The notes: generated by a model not told the origin, from the sequence alone. A DNA stretch of 64,000 bases from Nitrospirota bacterium (GCA_963701855.1 CAVPBK010000006.1:96001-160000); one strand, 5' to 3'. Shown: positions 27,660-39,828, counted from the first letter of the stretch. Numbers and translations: made by a program.

Positions 27660-30045
27660 CTCCATCTCCGCCTTCTGCCCGATCTCCCGCACGGAACTCC
27701 GCCACATAGGGTGAGTCTTTCAAGTAGTCTCGCAACGACACTTTGAGTTTCCCCGTGCCATGGCCATGAATGATGCGCAGAAACGGCGCGCCAGCCATCG
27801 TCGCACGATCCAGCGCTGCAACCACGTCGTCCAAGGCCTCGTCCGCCGCCTTCCCTCGAATATCTAAAACCGTCTGTTCATCCAGTCCCAGCCCGCCATT
27901 TGACGGGAACCGGCGTGGGCTCGATGGTGGAACTGGCTTCGACGATGCCGCCTGCCCCCGTGCGAGGCCAACAAGATTCGCCACTGTGGCCAGCACTTCC
28001 CCCTCCCCCACCTTCACCCTCACACGCTTCTTCCCTTGTGGCGTTTCGAGCAATGTGCCGGTCATGCCGAGCCCGCTGATCTCGACCTGATCCCCCACCC
28101 CCAACTGCGCAAGCGGAATCGGCGTTCCAGCCGGAGCCAATTCGACTCTCGTCTGCGCCTCGAGTTCGAACAACCGCTGCTTCGCTGCTTTGGCTTTGAT
28201 CAATTTCTGCTCGCCCTTGACGGCATCTACCGTGGCTTGCACTTCAGCTCGCGCGCGACTGAACTGCTCACTGAGTTTTCGCTTAAGGCCCTTCTGCGCT
28301 TCCCGTTCTGTGTCCTTCAAATGAGCCAACTGTGCCTTCGCTCGTTGCTCAGCCTGTTCTGCTTCACGTCTGGCTTCGACAGCGCGGGCCAGGTCGTCAG
28401 TCAACTGCCGCTGCGTGACTTGTAGATGGTGGAGCATCGTTTCCATGACTCGGTCGTCTTTATGGAGCTTCAGTCTCGCCTCATCCAGCAAGGCCCGGTC
28501 CATCCCCAACCAACCGGCAATCTCAAGCGCAGACGATCCACCAGGCACCCCCATGAAAAGTCGATAGGTCGGCGAGAGCGTCGCGACGTCAAATTCGACC
28601 GCGGCGTTTGCGAAGCCTGGCATCGTGTGGGCCAGGGCCTTCAGTGAGCCGTAGTGCGTAGTCGCGACGACTTTCATCCCCAGCGTGGCCAGCCGACAGA
28701 GTAACGCTTCGGCCAAGGCCGCTCCTTCTGTCGGATCGGTCGAGGTGACCGGTTCATCGAGAAGAACCAACCATTGCCGCGGGGCGCCATGTGGGTCGCT
28801 TCTGCGCTGACGGTCTGTTTCATCGAGCAGCTGAATCATCTGAGTCATGTGTGCAGAAAAGCTGGACAGGTCACGAGCCAAGTCTTGGGCATCGCCGATA
28901 TCGGCATAGATGTCGGGGAAAATTGCCATCTCGGACTCCGCGTCACAGGGCAGGTGCAATCCAGCCCGAACCATCAAGGCAAAGAGCCCAACGATCTTCA
29001 GGGTCACAGTTTTCCCGCCCGTATTGGGACCGGAGATAACGAGCACATGAATCAATTCATCCAAGACAATATCGTTGGCAACCACCTGTTCTTTCGACAG
29101 CACGAGCAAGGGATGTCTGGCACGCAGCAACCGTACGCGTCCTTCTGCGTTGAGATCGACTGGATGCGCCTTGAGTTGGCGGCCAAACGATGCCCGTGCC
29201 GAAATACCGTCAAGCACGGCCAGCGCTTCGAGCCCCGCCAGCACAACCTCGGCTTGTGCGGCGACGAGGGCGGACAACTTACGGAGAATGCGGTGCACTT
29301 CCCGCTCAATTTCAAGGTCAGCCACTTTGATCGAATTGTTCAGCTCAACGAGTTCACGCGGCTCGATAAATACCGTCGCTCCGCTGGCCGACACGTCATG
29401 GACGATCCCTGGAACCCGTCCCCGCATATCGGCTTTCACCGGAATAACATAGCGGCCTTCTCGCTGAGCAAAGTACTGTTCTTGGAGAATGTCCTCATAA
29501 CGGCGCGACTGGAGCATCTGATTTACTTGATCGCGCATCTGCTGTTTGAGCCCCTGTGCCTGATGGGTCAATCGACGCAACTCCGGTGTCGCCGATTCCT
29601 TAATCGAGCCGTCAGGATGGATCGCTGCATTCAGTGCGGTTTTTATAGGCCGCCACTCCTCCACCGATTGCAGCGAGTGCGCGGCGGATGCCAGCGCGGG
29701 AGCGTCATGCTGATGCCGCCTCACAAAACTGCTATTCTCCTCCAACAATTCCAGGACTATTGCGGAATCCCGGAGTTCATGAACCTCCAATACTGCCCCT
29801 TTTTTGGCCCGGGCGAGCGGATCCCGAATATCCGGAAATGCCATGGCCGGCAGGGCCTCGCCGGATGCTTGTAGCTGTCCCATCTCCGTCGTTTCCTGTT
29901 GGCGCCGCTGTGAATCCTGGAGGCTGGTCGCCAATTCGAGGGTGCAACAACGCGCCGCTCCCATCGTAGATCGAGCGTGTCCGGCAAGTGCCTCAAGCAG
30001 TCTGGACCACTCCAGCACCTGCATGGTCTTTTCGAAGAGATTCAC
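27637..30045 (-). CDS. mutS2: Endonuclease MutS2
   Basis: ARHPLL, ISGPNTGGKT, LSSFSAHM, TTHY, C-terminal Smr domain IIHGHGTG. Confidence 0.95.
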   Translation of the reverse strand: MNLFEKTMQVLEWSRLLEALAGHARSTMGAARCCTLELATSLQDSQRRQQETTEMGQLQASGEALPAMAFPDIRDPLARAKKGAVLEVHELRDSAIVLELLEENSSFVRRHQHDAPALASAAHSLQSVEEWRPIKTALNAAIHPDGSIKESATPELRRLTHQAQGLKQQMRDQVNQMLQSRRYEDILQEQYFAQREGRYVIPVKADMRGRVPGIVHDVSASGATVFIEPRELVELNNSIKVADLEIEREVHRILRKLSALVAAQAEVVLAGLEALAVLDGISARASFGRQLKAHPVDLNAEGRVRLLRARHPLLVLSKEQVVANDIVLDELIHVLVISGPNTGGKTVTLKIVGLFALMVRAGLHLPCDAESEMAIFPDIYADIGDAQDLARDLSSFSAHMTQMIQLLDETDRQRRSDPHGAPRQWLVLLDEPVTSTDPTEGAALAEALLCRLATLGMKVVATTHYGSLKALAHTMPGFANAAVEFDVATLSPTYRLFMGVPGGSSALEIAGWLGMDRALLDEARLKLHKDDRVMETMLHHLQVTQRQLTDDLARAVEARREAEQAEQRAKAQLAHLKDTEREAQKGLKRKLSEQFSRARAEVQATVDAVKGEQKLIKAKAAKQRLFELEAQTRVELAPAGTPIPLAQLGVGDQVEISGLGMTGTLLETPQGKKRVRVKVGEGEVLATVANLVGLARGQAASSKPVPPSSPRRFPSNGGLGLDEQTVLDIRGKAADEALDDVVAALDRATMAGAPFLRIIHGHGTGKLKVSLRDYLKDSPYVAEFRAGDRAEGGDGVTVVRLR

Positions 30046-30052
30046 CGATACC

Positions 30053-30328
30053 TCAAGGGAAAATTCGTCGCGCTAGGAGCCTGTCTGACATTGCCTTCGT
30101 GACGAGACGAAGGAGGGCCAGGCAGATGCGCGGCCACAGGCCACGAAAAACCGGAGGCGTATTCACTGGAATACGGTGAGGATTTTTCGAGGCCGAGAAC
30201 AACATAGATGCCTGGCCATCATTCGCCGCAGTAGAACGGTCAATGTCGGATAGGCTCCTAGGATCGACGAACTCTAACGAACCCGGCGACAGAGACGCAA
30301 GGCACAGGTCCGTGAGCGGCGCACTCAT
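30053..30328 (-). CDS. Hypothetical protein upstream of mutS2
   Basis: ATG start with GAGAGA; co-oriented, ending 8 bp before mutS2. Confidence 0.4.
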   Translation of the reverse strand: MSAPLTDLCLASLSPGSLEFVDPRSLSDIDRSTAANDGQASMLFSASKNPHRIPVNTPPVFRGLWPRICLALLRLVTKAMSDRLLARRIFP

Positions 30329-30370
30329 TCTCTCGGCATCCCGTTGAGGTGGCAGGGGAAACTGCTGTGA

Positions 30371-31501
<1,131 letters not shown>

Positions 31502-31586
31502 GTACCACTGAGGTCAAACCGACCTCAGCCCGATTCTGTTCCATGCTGACTCCTATTTCTGGAATGACCGATTTGACGGAACCGCA

Positions 31587-32786
31587 ATGAGACTGCGCAA
31601 ACAAACGCTCGACGACGTCGTGCTGCGAGACAAGCGTGTCATCATCCGGGCCGACTTCAATGTCCCGTTGGACGATTCGCACCAAATCACCGACGATACC
31701 CGCATTCGTTCGACCCTGCCGACCATCAATCGAGCCATCGACGACGGCGCCAGGGTGATCCTCTGTTCGCATCTCGGCCGACCGAACGGAAAATTCGACT
31801 CCACATATAGTCTGGCCCCGGTGGCAAAACGCCTGGGACGGCTTATGGGCAAAGACATTATATTTGCACCCGATTGCATCGGCCCGGCAGTGGAAGCTCT
31901 TGTCGCCAAGATGAAGCCTGGCGACGTTCTTCTCCTTGAAAACCTCCGATTCCATAAGGGGGAAGAGAATAACGACGACGCCTTTTCGAAAGCGCTGGCG
32001 GCCCTTGGCGATGTCTATATCAACGACGCGTTCGGCGCTGCACACCGGGCTCATGCCTCCACCGTCGGCATCACCAAATTCATTCCCGCCTCGGCCGCCG
32101 GCTTCCTCCTCAAGAAGGAAATCGAATACCTTGAAGGGGCCGTCGAAAACCCCGTTCGGCCCTTTGTCGCCATTCTCGGCGGGGCAAAAGTGTCGGGAAA
32201 GATCGGCGTCATCGAGAATTTGGGCAAGCGCGTCGACAAAGTCATTATCGGCGGCGGCATGGCCTTTACCTTTTTAAAGGCGAAGGGACTGGAAATCGGC
32301 AACTCGCTGGTCGAAAACGACATGCTGGACTTGGCCAAAGGCATCGAGGACCATGCCCTTTCCCGCGGCGTGAAATTTTACCTGCCGGTCGATTGTGTCG
32401 TCGCGGCCAGCCGCGAGCCCGGGGCGGAAACAAAGATCGTTCCGGTCCAGGAGATTCCGAATGGCTGGTACGCGCTCGACATTGGTCCGGCCTCCGTCAA
32501 ACTCTTCAACGAAGCAGTCCAGAACGCAAAGACCATTCTGTGGAACGGACCAATGGGGGTATTCGAAATCGATGCCTACGCACGAGGTACCCTTGCAATG
32601 GCTCACGCGGTCGCCAATGCCTACGCCCTGACAATCGTCGGCGGTGGCGAAACGGCTTTGGCCGTGCATCGAGCCGGCGAATCTGAAAATATGTCGTTCA
32701 TCTCGACCGGCGGCGGCGCCGCGCTGGAATTGCTCGAAGGCAAACAACTCCCGGGCTTGACGGCCCTCCCGGATCGAGTCGTGTAA
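31587..32786 (+). CDS. pgk: Phosphoglycerate kinase
   Basis: RADFNVP, SHLGRP, LLENLRF, ISTGGGA. Confidence 0.98.
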   Translation: MRLRKQTLDDVVLRDKRVIIRADFNVPLDDSHQITDDTRIRSTLPTINRAIDDGARVILCSHLGRPNGKFDSTYSLAPVAKRLGRLMGKDIIFAPDCIGPAVEALVAKMKPGDVLLLENLRFHKGEENNDDAFSKALAALGDVYINDAFGAAHRAHASTVGITKFIPASAAGFLLKKEIEYLEGAVENPVRPFVAILGGAKVSGKIGVIENLGKRVDKVIIGGGMAFTFLKAKGLEIGNSLVENDMLDLAKGIEDHALSRGVKFYLPVDCVVAASREPGAETKIVPVQEIPNGWYALDIGPASVKLFNEAVQNAKTILWNGPMGVFEIDAYARGTLAMAHAVANAYALTIVGGGETALAVHRAGESENMSFISTGGGAALELLEGKQLPGLTALPDRVV

Positions 32787-32840
32787 TCGCCTCGTCATTG
32801 AGTGCATCCCCTTCTACCACCTCTGAGTATCGAGACACCT

Positions 32841-33611
32841 TTGCGCAGACCCCTCATCGTCGGCAACTGGAAGATGAACAAGACGGCCTCGGAGGCTGCG
32901 GCCTTCATTCGCGACCTCCGCGAACGAGTACCTGCATCGCCTCACGCCGACATAGTCCTTGCGCCGCCCTTTACGGCCCTCGAATCGGCCCGCAACGCCT
33001 TGGGCCCCTCCTCTTGGATCAGCCTCGGCGCACAAACTTTACACTGGGAAACGCACGGGCCCTTCACGGGGGAAGTGTCCGCTCCGATGTTGCGCGATCT
33101 TGGCTGCCGTTATGTGATCGTCGGCCACTCTGAACGTCGCACGCTCTTTGGCGAACAAGATGATCATATTCAGAAGAAGGTCCGGGCGGCGTTGAAGCAC
33201 AGGCTCTGCCCGATCCTGTGCGTGGGAGAATCGCTGGCGGACCGAGAGGCGGGGCGAACGGAGTCGGTCATCACAGCTCAACTCAACAGCAGCCTGGCAG
33301 GACTACCCACACAGGATCTGGCGACCATCACGATCGCCTACGAACCGGTTTGGGCCATCGGCACAGGACAAGCTGCCACTGCAGAGCAGGCCGTGGCCGT
33401 GCATCGCTCGATCCGGCTGTTCATGGAGACCGAATGGAATAGTGAAGCGGCATCGGCCATCAGAATCCTGTACGGTGGAAGCGTCACGCCCCAGAACATC
33501 GAGTCGCTTTTAATTTTGGACGCGATCGACGGGGCTCTAGTGGGTGGGGCTTGTCTCAACCTCGATTCGTTTGCTACAATCATCAGTCGTGCTCAGATAC
33601 CGCGTGCCTAA
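32841..33611 (+). CDS. tpiA: Triosephosphate isomerase
   Basis: GNWKMN, GHSERR, AYEPVWAIGTG, YGGSV. Confidence 0.97.
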   Translation: MRRPLIVGNWKMNKTASEAAAFIRDLRERVPASPHADIVLAPPFTALESARNALGPSSWISLGAQTLHWETHGPFTGEVSAPMLRDLGCRYVIVGHSERRTLFGEQDDHIQKKVRAALKHRLCPILCVGESLADREAGRTESVITAQLNSSLAGLPTQDLATITIAYEPVWAIGTGQAATAEQAVAVHRSIRLFMETEWNSEAASAIRILYGGSVTPQNIESLLILDAIDGALVGGACLNLDSFATIISRAQIPRA

Positions 33612-33625
33612 TTGATCGGAGTGCC

Positions 33626-33988
33626 ATGTATATCTTCCTCATTATCATCCATATCTTGGTCTGTTTTCTCATGGTCGGCGCAATCCTCTTGCAATCAGGA
33701 AAGGGAGCTGAAATCGGTGCATCCTTCGGGGGCTCCAGCCAGACCGTCTTCGGTAGCCGTGGACCCGCGAATTTTTTGAGCAAGTTCACGGTCGTCGTTG
33801 CGGCCATCTTCATGCTAACGTCGCTCAGTCTGGCTATGCTCGCCAAAGACCGGAACTTTTCTTCCACAGTGATCGATCTCAACAAGAAAGAATCTCCTCA
33901 GGCCGCCCCTGAAACCCCGTCGGCTGCGCCGGCAGCCCCAGCCGCTGAGAGCCACACTCCAAGCGACACTTCTTCCGGCAAACACTAG
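33626..33988 (+). CDS. secG: Preprotein translocase subunit SecG
   Basis: ILLQSGKGA...FGG.SQTVFGS motif, two TMs, follows tpiA. Confidence 0.95.
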   Translation: MYIFLIIIHILVCFLMVGAILLQSGKGAEIGASFGGSSQTVFGSRGPANFLSKFTVVVAAIFMLTSLSLAMLAKDRNFSSTVIDLNKKESPQAAPETPSAAPAAPAAESHTPSDTSSGKH

Positions 33989-34004
33989 CAGGCAGTTGAA
34001 ACGG

Positions 34005-34115
34005 TCCGCCTGTCTGTCTTGTTTATTTGATCTGTCTTGTTTTTTTGGTTGAACGAGACGAACAGACGAACCAATCAACCAGTAAACAAGACAAACCAGA
34101 TAGACCAGTCTGTTC
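34005..34115. repeat. Low-complexity inverted 9-bp-period repeat, family D
   Basis: TCTGTCTTG/TTTATTTG tracts followed by complementary AACCAGATAG/ACAAACCAG tracts; similar at 43200, 44835, 52290, 56595 and 63390. Confidence 0.6.
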
Positions 34116-34178
34116 TCACAGGTGTCAAAAATGCCGCGTCGGGATGTACGTGGGAGAGAGAAACGACTCAGCGTCTTA

Positions 34179-35093
34179 CTAAATTCTGGTGAGCCACGCT
34201 TCGTGGGAAGGATCCTCCCCACGCACGATGGAAAAGAAGGTCTTCTGCAGAGCTTGCGTAATCGGACCTGGCGTTCCAGTTCCAATGCGGCGGTTGTCGA
34301 TCTCCCGGACCGGCGTCAGCTCAGCAGCGGTCCCGGTCACAAATACTTCATCGGCAATATACATGTCATCGCGTGTGAACCGCCCCTCCACTACAGGGAT
34401 ACGCTTCTCCCGCGCCAGATCGATGACGGAACTTCTGGTAATGCCGTCGAGGATTGAGGTGAGCGGCGTAGTTTTAATCTGCCCTTTCCGCACAATAAAG
34501 ATATTCTCCCCCGTCCCCTCGGACACATACCCCTCGGTATCGAGCAAAATGGCTTCATCGTATCCGTCCGCTTTCGCTTCCCGCTTCGCGAGAATCGAAT
34601 TCACGTAGTAGCCGGAAATCTTTCCTCTAGTCATCGAGACATTGACATGATGGCGAGTAAACGACGATACGCGGGCCCGCATCCCATTCGCGAGCGCATC
34701 ATCCCCGAGGTAGGCGCCCCAAGTCCAGGCCGCGATGGCCAGCTTAATTGGGTTATCGCCTGGATAGACCCCCATCGCTCCATGCCCGATGTAGACGAGG
34801 GGGCGGATATAGCAGGCTTCCAGCTTATTCACTCTGACGGTTTCCACGATGGCCGCTGCGACCTGCTTCTTGTCGAAGGGCATCTGCATCATGCCGATAT
34901 GGGCGGAATCGAACAGCCGATCCACATGTTCCTGCAACCGAAAAATTGCGGAACCGGACTTTCCCTTGTAACAGCGAATCCCCTCGAACACAGCCAGCCC
35001 ATAATGGAGCGAATGGGTCATTACATGGATTTGCGCGTCCGCCCAATTGACGAACGAACCGTCCATCCAAATCTTTCCTTGTGGTTCAAGCAT
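34179..35093 (-). CDS. ilvE: Branched-chain amino acid aminotransferase
   Basis: HSLHYG, FEGIR, EGTGENIF, ILDGITR, GTAAE. Confidence 0.95.
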   Translation of the reverse strand: MLEPQGKIWMDGSFVNWADAQIHVMTHSLHYGLAVFEGIRCYKGKSGSAIFRLQEHVDRLFDSAHIGMMQMPFDKKQVAAAIVETVRVNKLEACYIRPLVYIGHGAMGVYPGDNPIKLAIAAWTWGAYLGDDALANGMRARVSSFTRHHVNVSMTRGKISGYYVNSILAKREAKADGYDEAILLDTEGYVSEGTGENIFIVRKGQIKTTPLTSILDGITRSSVIDLAREKRIPVVEGRFTRDDMYIADEVFVTGTAAELTPVREIDNRRIGTGTPGPITQALQKTFFSIVRGEDPSHEAWLTRI

Positions 35094-35215
35094 AGGCAAT
35101 GCGGGCGAACACATGAAACATCGAGCGGTGGAATCGGAATATAGCAGCGGGCTCGAAGAAGCGTCAAGCAACCGGGCGCGGCATGGCCCACGGCAAGAAT
35201 GAAGAAGGGGGACGC

Positions 35216-35602
35216 TCAGGCAGGTAACTGAGGGGCACGAATCTGTTGGCTCAATGCATCGGTGATGTGCTTTACGGCTAATGGACTAAGGTGGACAAAG
35301 TTCAGACCGAAATCATATCTATTCACCCACCGAACCGTTGCTCGTTCAATCTCTATCGGCGGATCATCGTCCGCAAACGTAACGCGTAATGCCAAATCGA
35401 GTCCTAGCTTGACCTCATGGTCACCTTGGACACGCATTCCCGATTGAGACAGATTGGTCACGATACCTTTTCCAACACATTCCCCACTGAGATAATAGAG
35501 CGCTAGCCAGGTAGGTATGCGACGATAGGGACGGAGCACGAATCGAACGCGTTCCGGCTTGGAAGGACGAGGCTTCGGTGATGCAGCCATCATTAGCTCC
35601 AA
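35216..35602 (-). CDS. PilZ-domain protein
   Basis: RPYRR, NLSQSG, VRWV...FGLNF. Confidence 0.8.
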   Translation of the reverse strand: MELMMAASPKPRPSKPERVRFVLRPYRRIPTWLALYYLSGECVGKGIVTNLSQSGMRVQGDHEVKLGLDLALRVTFADDDPPIEIERATVRWVNRYDFGLNFVHLSPLAVKHITDALSQQIRAPQLPA

Positions 35603-35805
35603 TCCATAAATGGCTCAACAATAAGAATGCCAGCATACGCCCAGAAGCCGGAGCAGGATACCCCTACATATAGGCTAACCCGAATGAGGGAGGGGCGCCG
35701 GCGTACCCCCCGAGGCGAAATCTTAGAGAAGAGGCGTCCCTTTACCTTGACAGGCCTCAAATCCATATGTTACACAGTCATCTTCTGTAATGGAGACAGT
35801 GGCTT

Positions 35806-36120
35806 ATGTACGCAATCATTGAGACAGGCGGCAAGCAGTATCGGGTCGAACCTGGGTCATTGGTCCAGGTGGAATCCCTTCCTGGCGAGGTCGGGGGAAC
35901 AATTGAAATCGGCCAAGTTCGGTTGGTTCACGGTGAGAATGGCATGGTAGTCGGACAACCGTCGGTCAAAGGGGCCACGGTCAAAGCCGAGATCATCGCC
36001 CAAGATCGAACCCGCTCCATCACCATATTCAAAAAACAACGGCGCAAGAACTATCGACGGACCAATGGCCATCGCCAGGGCTTTACCAAATTGCGCATTA
36101 CCGGTATCGAAACGGCTTAG
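35806..36120 (+). CDS. rplU: 50S ribosomal protein L21
   Basis: MYAIIETGGKQYRV, GHRQ. Confidence 0.98.
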   Translation: MYAIIETGGKQYRVEPGSLVQVESLPGEVGGTIEIGQVRLVHGENGMVVGQPSVKGATVKAEIIAQDRTRSITIFKKQRRKNYRRTNGHRQGFTKLRITGIETA

Positions 36121-36132
36121 TGAGGATCAGTC

Positions 36133-36396
36133 ATGGCAACAAATAAAGGCGGCGGATCGACTAGAAACGGGCGCGATAGTAATCCGCAATATCTTGGGGT
36201 CAAGGCCTACGGTGGAGAAACCGTGAAGGCCGGATCAATTTTGATCCGTCAACGAGGGACAAAGTTCTTCCCCGGTTTCAACGTGGGCCTCGGCAAAGAC
36301 CATACCCTCTTCGCCCGCATCACAGGGATCGTGAAGTTCGAACGCGGTCGCGGACGGCAGAAGATCAGCGTCTACTCCGCCCCCGCGATTTCATAG
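36133..36396 (+). CDS. rpmA: 50S ribosomal protein L27
   Basis: [23 protein letters not shown]. Confidence 0.98.
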   Translation: MATNKGGGSTRNGRDSNPQYLGVKAYGGETVKAGSILIRQRGTKFFPGFNVGLGKDHTLFARITGIVKFERGRGRQKISVYSAPAIS

Positions 36397-36526
36397 TACA
36401 TTCTTTTCCTCTTTTCTCGTCACAGCTTCGTTACCCGTGAGGACTCCCGGCATGACTATACGTGCAACGGGATATTCCTCGCAGGTAATGATCTCACAGC
36501 CTTCACACTGAAGAAACGGTGCGCCA

Positions 36527-37552
36527 ATGTTTGTCGATGAAGTTCGTATCCGTATCACAGCCGGTCGAGGCGGCGACGGATCATGCAGTTTTCGACGCGA
36601 AAAGTTCGTGCCCCGCGGCGGGCCGGACGGCGGCGACGGAGGCCACGGCGGCAATGTCGTGTTTGAAGCGTCGCCTCGCATGACCACGCTCCTCGACCTC
36701 CGGTACCAAAAACACTACGAAGCAGAAGTCGGTCGCCAGGGAGGCGCTGCCAATTGCTCCGGGCGAACCGGCGAGGATGTGGTGGTGGCCCTTCCTGTCG
36801 GCACCGTTATCTTCGATGATCAGACAGGTGAGGTGCTGGCCGACCTGGTCACCCCTGGACAGCGGTTTGTGGCAGCTCGCGGAGGCCGAGGAGGGCGAGG
36901 GAATAACCATTTCGCGACCTCGACCAACCGCACGCCTACGAACTTTGAAACCGGCACCGAAGGCGAAGAACGGTCGCTCAGACTTGAACTAAAACTGTTA
37001 GCCGATGTCGGACTTGTGGGCTTTCCTAATGCCGGAAAATCGACGCTCATCTCCACAATCTCGGCGGCACGGCCGAAGATCGCCGACTACCCTTTCACCA
37101 CCCTGACGCCGAATCTGGGAATCGTCCGCTGGGGAGAAAAAGGAAGTTTTGCCGTCGCAGACATTCCGGGGATCATCGAAGGCGCCCATGAGGGCAAAGG
37201 GCTAGGACTCCAGTTTCTCCGACATATCGAACGCACGTCGTTTTTGCTGTACATGATCGACGTGTCAGAATGGGCCCCCGAGGGGCCGGTCAAGAGTTTT
37301 GAGGTCATGCGTCAGGAATTGGCCGCCTACGATGAGCCGATCATCACGCGCCCCTTCGCGGTGGTCGCCACGAAGATCGATGTGGTTGGAGACGGCTCGC
37401 GCATGCGCGAGTTGCAGAAGTATTGTAAGCGCCATCGCTATACGTGTCTCCCGATCTCTGCCGCCACGAGAGAAGGGTTAACAGAACTCGTCAGCTATGT
37501 GGGACAACAGGTTGCGCAACTTCGAGTCATACCATGCGAGATCAGCTCATAA
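36527..37552 (+). CDS. obgE: GTPase ObgE
   Basis: FRREK.VPRGGPDGGDGG, GFPNAGKST, DIPG. Confidence 0.97.
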   Translation: MFVDEVRIRITAGRGGDGSCSFRREKFVPRGGPDGGDGGHGGNVVFEASPRMTTLLDLRYQKHYEAEVGRQGGAANCSGRTGEDVVVALPVGTVIFDDQTGEVLADLVTPGQRFVAARGGRGGRGNNHFATSTNRTPTNFETGTEGEERSLRLELKLLADVGLVGFPNAGKSTLISTISAARPKIADYPFTTLTPNLGIVRWGEKGSFAVADIPGIIEGAHEGKGLGLQFLRHIERTSFLLYMIDVSEWAPEGPVKSFEVMRQELAAYDEPIITRPFAVVATKIDVVGDGSRMRELQKYCKRHRYTCLPISAATREGLTELVSYVGQQVAQLRVIPCEISS

Positions 37553-38655
37553 AACAAGCCACCCGCATCGTCATCAAAGTCGGGAGCAGTCTCGTCGCAT
37601 CCCGAGAGACCGGACTACGCCCCGAACGGATCGATCGACTCGCGGATGAAATCGCAGCCATCCGGTCAGGCGGGCGTGAAATCCTGATCGTCTCCTCCGG
37701 CGCGATCGTCTCCGGCATCAAGAAATTGGGTCTGACGGAATACCCCAAGAGCCTCCCGGTGAAGCAGGCGGCTGCGGCGGTCGGCCAAAGCCGGCTCATG
37801 TGGGCCTATGAGAAATCCTTTGAGCGGCTCAACGTCAAGGTCGCACAGATCCTACTGACACACCACGACCTCGCCGATCGTCGGCGCTTTCTCAATGCAC
37901 GCCACACCCTGACTGCGCTGATCGGATTTGGCGTCATCCCCATCATTAATGAAAACGATACGGTTGCTGTAGATGAAATCCGCGTGGGAGACAACGATAC
38001 TCTGGCCGCTGAGGTGGCCCATCTGGTCGACGCAGAACTACTGATTATCCTGTCCGATATCGACGGCTTGTTTACGGAGGACCCGCGCAAAAACCCTGCA
38101 GCCACACTGATTCCATTAATCCCGGACATTACCGAAGAAATTGAGCGGCGAGCCGGTGTCTCCAGCTCTTTCGAAGGAACCGGAGGCATGGCCACGAAAG
38201 TCCGGGCTGCCAAGAAAGTCAGTGAGTACGGAGTGGCCACCTTGATCTTGAACGGACAAAAAGCAGGCCTCCTTCCGCACGTATTAGCCGGAGGCCCTGG
38301 CGGTAGTCTCTTCCTTGCGAAGGAACGTCGCTTTACCAGCCGCAAACATTGGATCGCCTTCACCCTCAGGCCGCGCGGAACCCTGACGCTCGACCCCGGA
38401 GCCGTCGAGGCGCTGGCCCGACGGGGCAAAAGCTTGCTGGCTTCAGGTATTCTAGATGTCGGCGGGTCGTTCGATACGGGAGATGCGGTCAGCTGCCTCG
38501 ACCAGGACGGCAAAGAGTTCGCCAAAGGACTCGTGAACTTCTCCTCCGACACCTTGGCACGGATCAAAGGGCTCAAAACGACCGAGATCCAGCAGCAGCT
38601 CGGCCCACAGGAATACGAGGAAGTTATTCATCGGGACAACCTCGTCATTCTCTAG
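37534..38655 (+). CDS. proB: Glutamate 5-kinase
   Basis: IKVGSS, NENDTV, GDNDTLA, GTGGMATK, PUA domain. Confidence 0.97.
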   Translation: MRDQLIKQATRIVIKVGSSLVASRETGLRPERIDRLADEIAAIRSGGREILIVSSGAIVSGIKKLGLTEYPKSLPVKQAAAAVGQSRLMWAYEKSFERLNVKVAQILLTHHDLADRRRFLNARHTLTALIGFGVIPIINENDTVAVDEIRVGDNDTLAAEVAHLVDAELLIILSDIDGLFTEDPRKNPAATLIPLIPDITEEIERRAGVSSSFEGTGGMATKVRAAKKVSEYGVATLILNGQKAGLLPHVLAGGPGGSLFLAKERRFTSRKHWIAFTLRPRGTLTLDPGAVEALARRGKSLLASGILDVGGSFDTGDAVSCLDQDGKEFAKGLVNFSSDTLARIKGLKTTEIQQQLGPQEYEEVIHRDNLVIL

Positions 38656-38671
38656 ACCAGAGCGCTGAGTT

Positions 38672-39415
38672 ATGATGTCACCAAATTCTGAATCTCAGCC
38701 CTCAGCACCCGGCACTCAGCACTCTGGTCTACTTCGTCTCGGCCTCCTCGGCGGCAGTTTCAACCCCGTGCACAACGGTCACCTGACCATTGCACGCCAG
38801 ACACGCGAGGCCCTCGGACTCGACCAGATTCTCTTCGTTCCCACAAGTCTGCCTCCCCATAAGCCAAACGGCAGCCTGGCGCCGGCCCAAAACCGCTATG
38901 AGATGGTTCGCCTGGCCATCGCCTCAGACCCCTCTCTCGCCATCTCAGATGTGGAAATCCGGCGGCCAGGCAAATCCTACTCCATCGACACCATTCGCCT
39001 GCTGCAGCAAGAGTATGGCGCGAAGACCCAGCTCTTTTTTTTGATCGGGCTCGATGCTTTCCTGGATTTTCCCTCCTGGCGTGACCCCCTGACACTGCTG
39101 AAACTCTGCTCATTCGTCGTGCTCTCCAGGCCAGGCCTATCGTTTCGTTCCCTCTCAACCGTCGCATTGCTACCACCGATTCCCTACCCCTCGCTGGCAG
39201 ACCTCGATGCGGAACGGATTTCACGAATCGAAGCCCAAATCGGAACACAAAACTTGATCTGTCTCAAACTGCTGCCCTCCGCGGTCTCCGCATCGGACAT
39301 TCGTTCACGAATCCGTCAAGGGCTCCCGGTGGCAAATCTGTTGCCGCCCTTAGTGGAATCTTATATACTCCACCATCATCTCTACCAAGAGGACCGTAAT
39401 CGCACGAACAGCTAG
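38672..39415 (+). CDS. nadD: Nicotinate-nucleotide adenylyltransferase
   Basis: GGSFNPVHNGH, PPHK, SASDIR. Confidence 0.95.
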   Translation: MMSPNSESQPSAPGTQHSGLLRLGLLGGSFNPVHNGHLTIARQTREALGLDQILFVPTSLPPHKPNGSLAPAQNRYEMVRLAIASDPSLAISDVEIRRPGKSYSIDTIRLLQQEYGAKTQLFFLIGLDAFLDFPSWRDPLTLLKLCSFVVLSRPGLSFRSLSTVALLPPIPYPSLADLDAERISRIEAQIGTQNLICLKLLPSAVSASDIRSRIRQGLPVANLLPPLVESYILHHHLYQEDRNRTNS

Positions 39416-39443
39416 GTCCACGGCCCTCGCCATTGCCCGGGCC

Positions 39444-39824
39444 ATGCTCGATAAGAAAGCCACCGACGTTCTCGTCCTCCAGGTAGCGCCGTTGACCTCC
39501 GTTGCCGACTACCTGGTCATCGGCTCTGCGGATTCGGATCGACAAGCGAGTGCCATCGGAGATCATATCGACGGTATCCTTTCTCGCTCCGGCTCTAAAC
39601 CGCTGGGCGTCGAAGGCATGCGGTCATCCCAGTGGGTTCTGATGGACTTTGGCGATGTCATCGCCCATATTTTCAGGCAGGACATACGGAAGCATTATGC
39701 ACTCGAACGGTTGTGGGCCGATGCAAAACGCATCGCCATCCCGGGCAAACCGCCGGTCACACAACCAGCCGCGACCCCAATGCCCGTGAAGCGGAAAAAG
39801 GCGCCGACGAAAACAAAGGCCTAG
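39444..39824 (+). CDS. rsfS: Ribosomal silencing factor RsfS
   Basis: DKKA.D, WVLMDFGDV, YALERLW; follows nadD (true start may be upstream). Confidence 0.92.
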   Translation: MLDKKATDVLVLQVAPLTSVADYLVIGSADSDRQASAIGDHIDGILSRSGSKPLGVEGMRSSQWVLMDFGDVIAHIFRQDIRKHYALERLWADAKRIAIPGKPPVTQPAATPMPVKRKKAPTKTKA

Positions 39825-39828
39825 ATCG

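Noticed and set aside
28774..29874. 366-aa plus-strand ORF
   Set aside because: Antisense shadow of mutS2.
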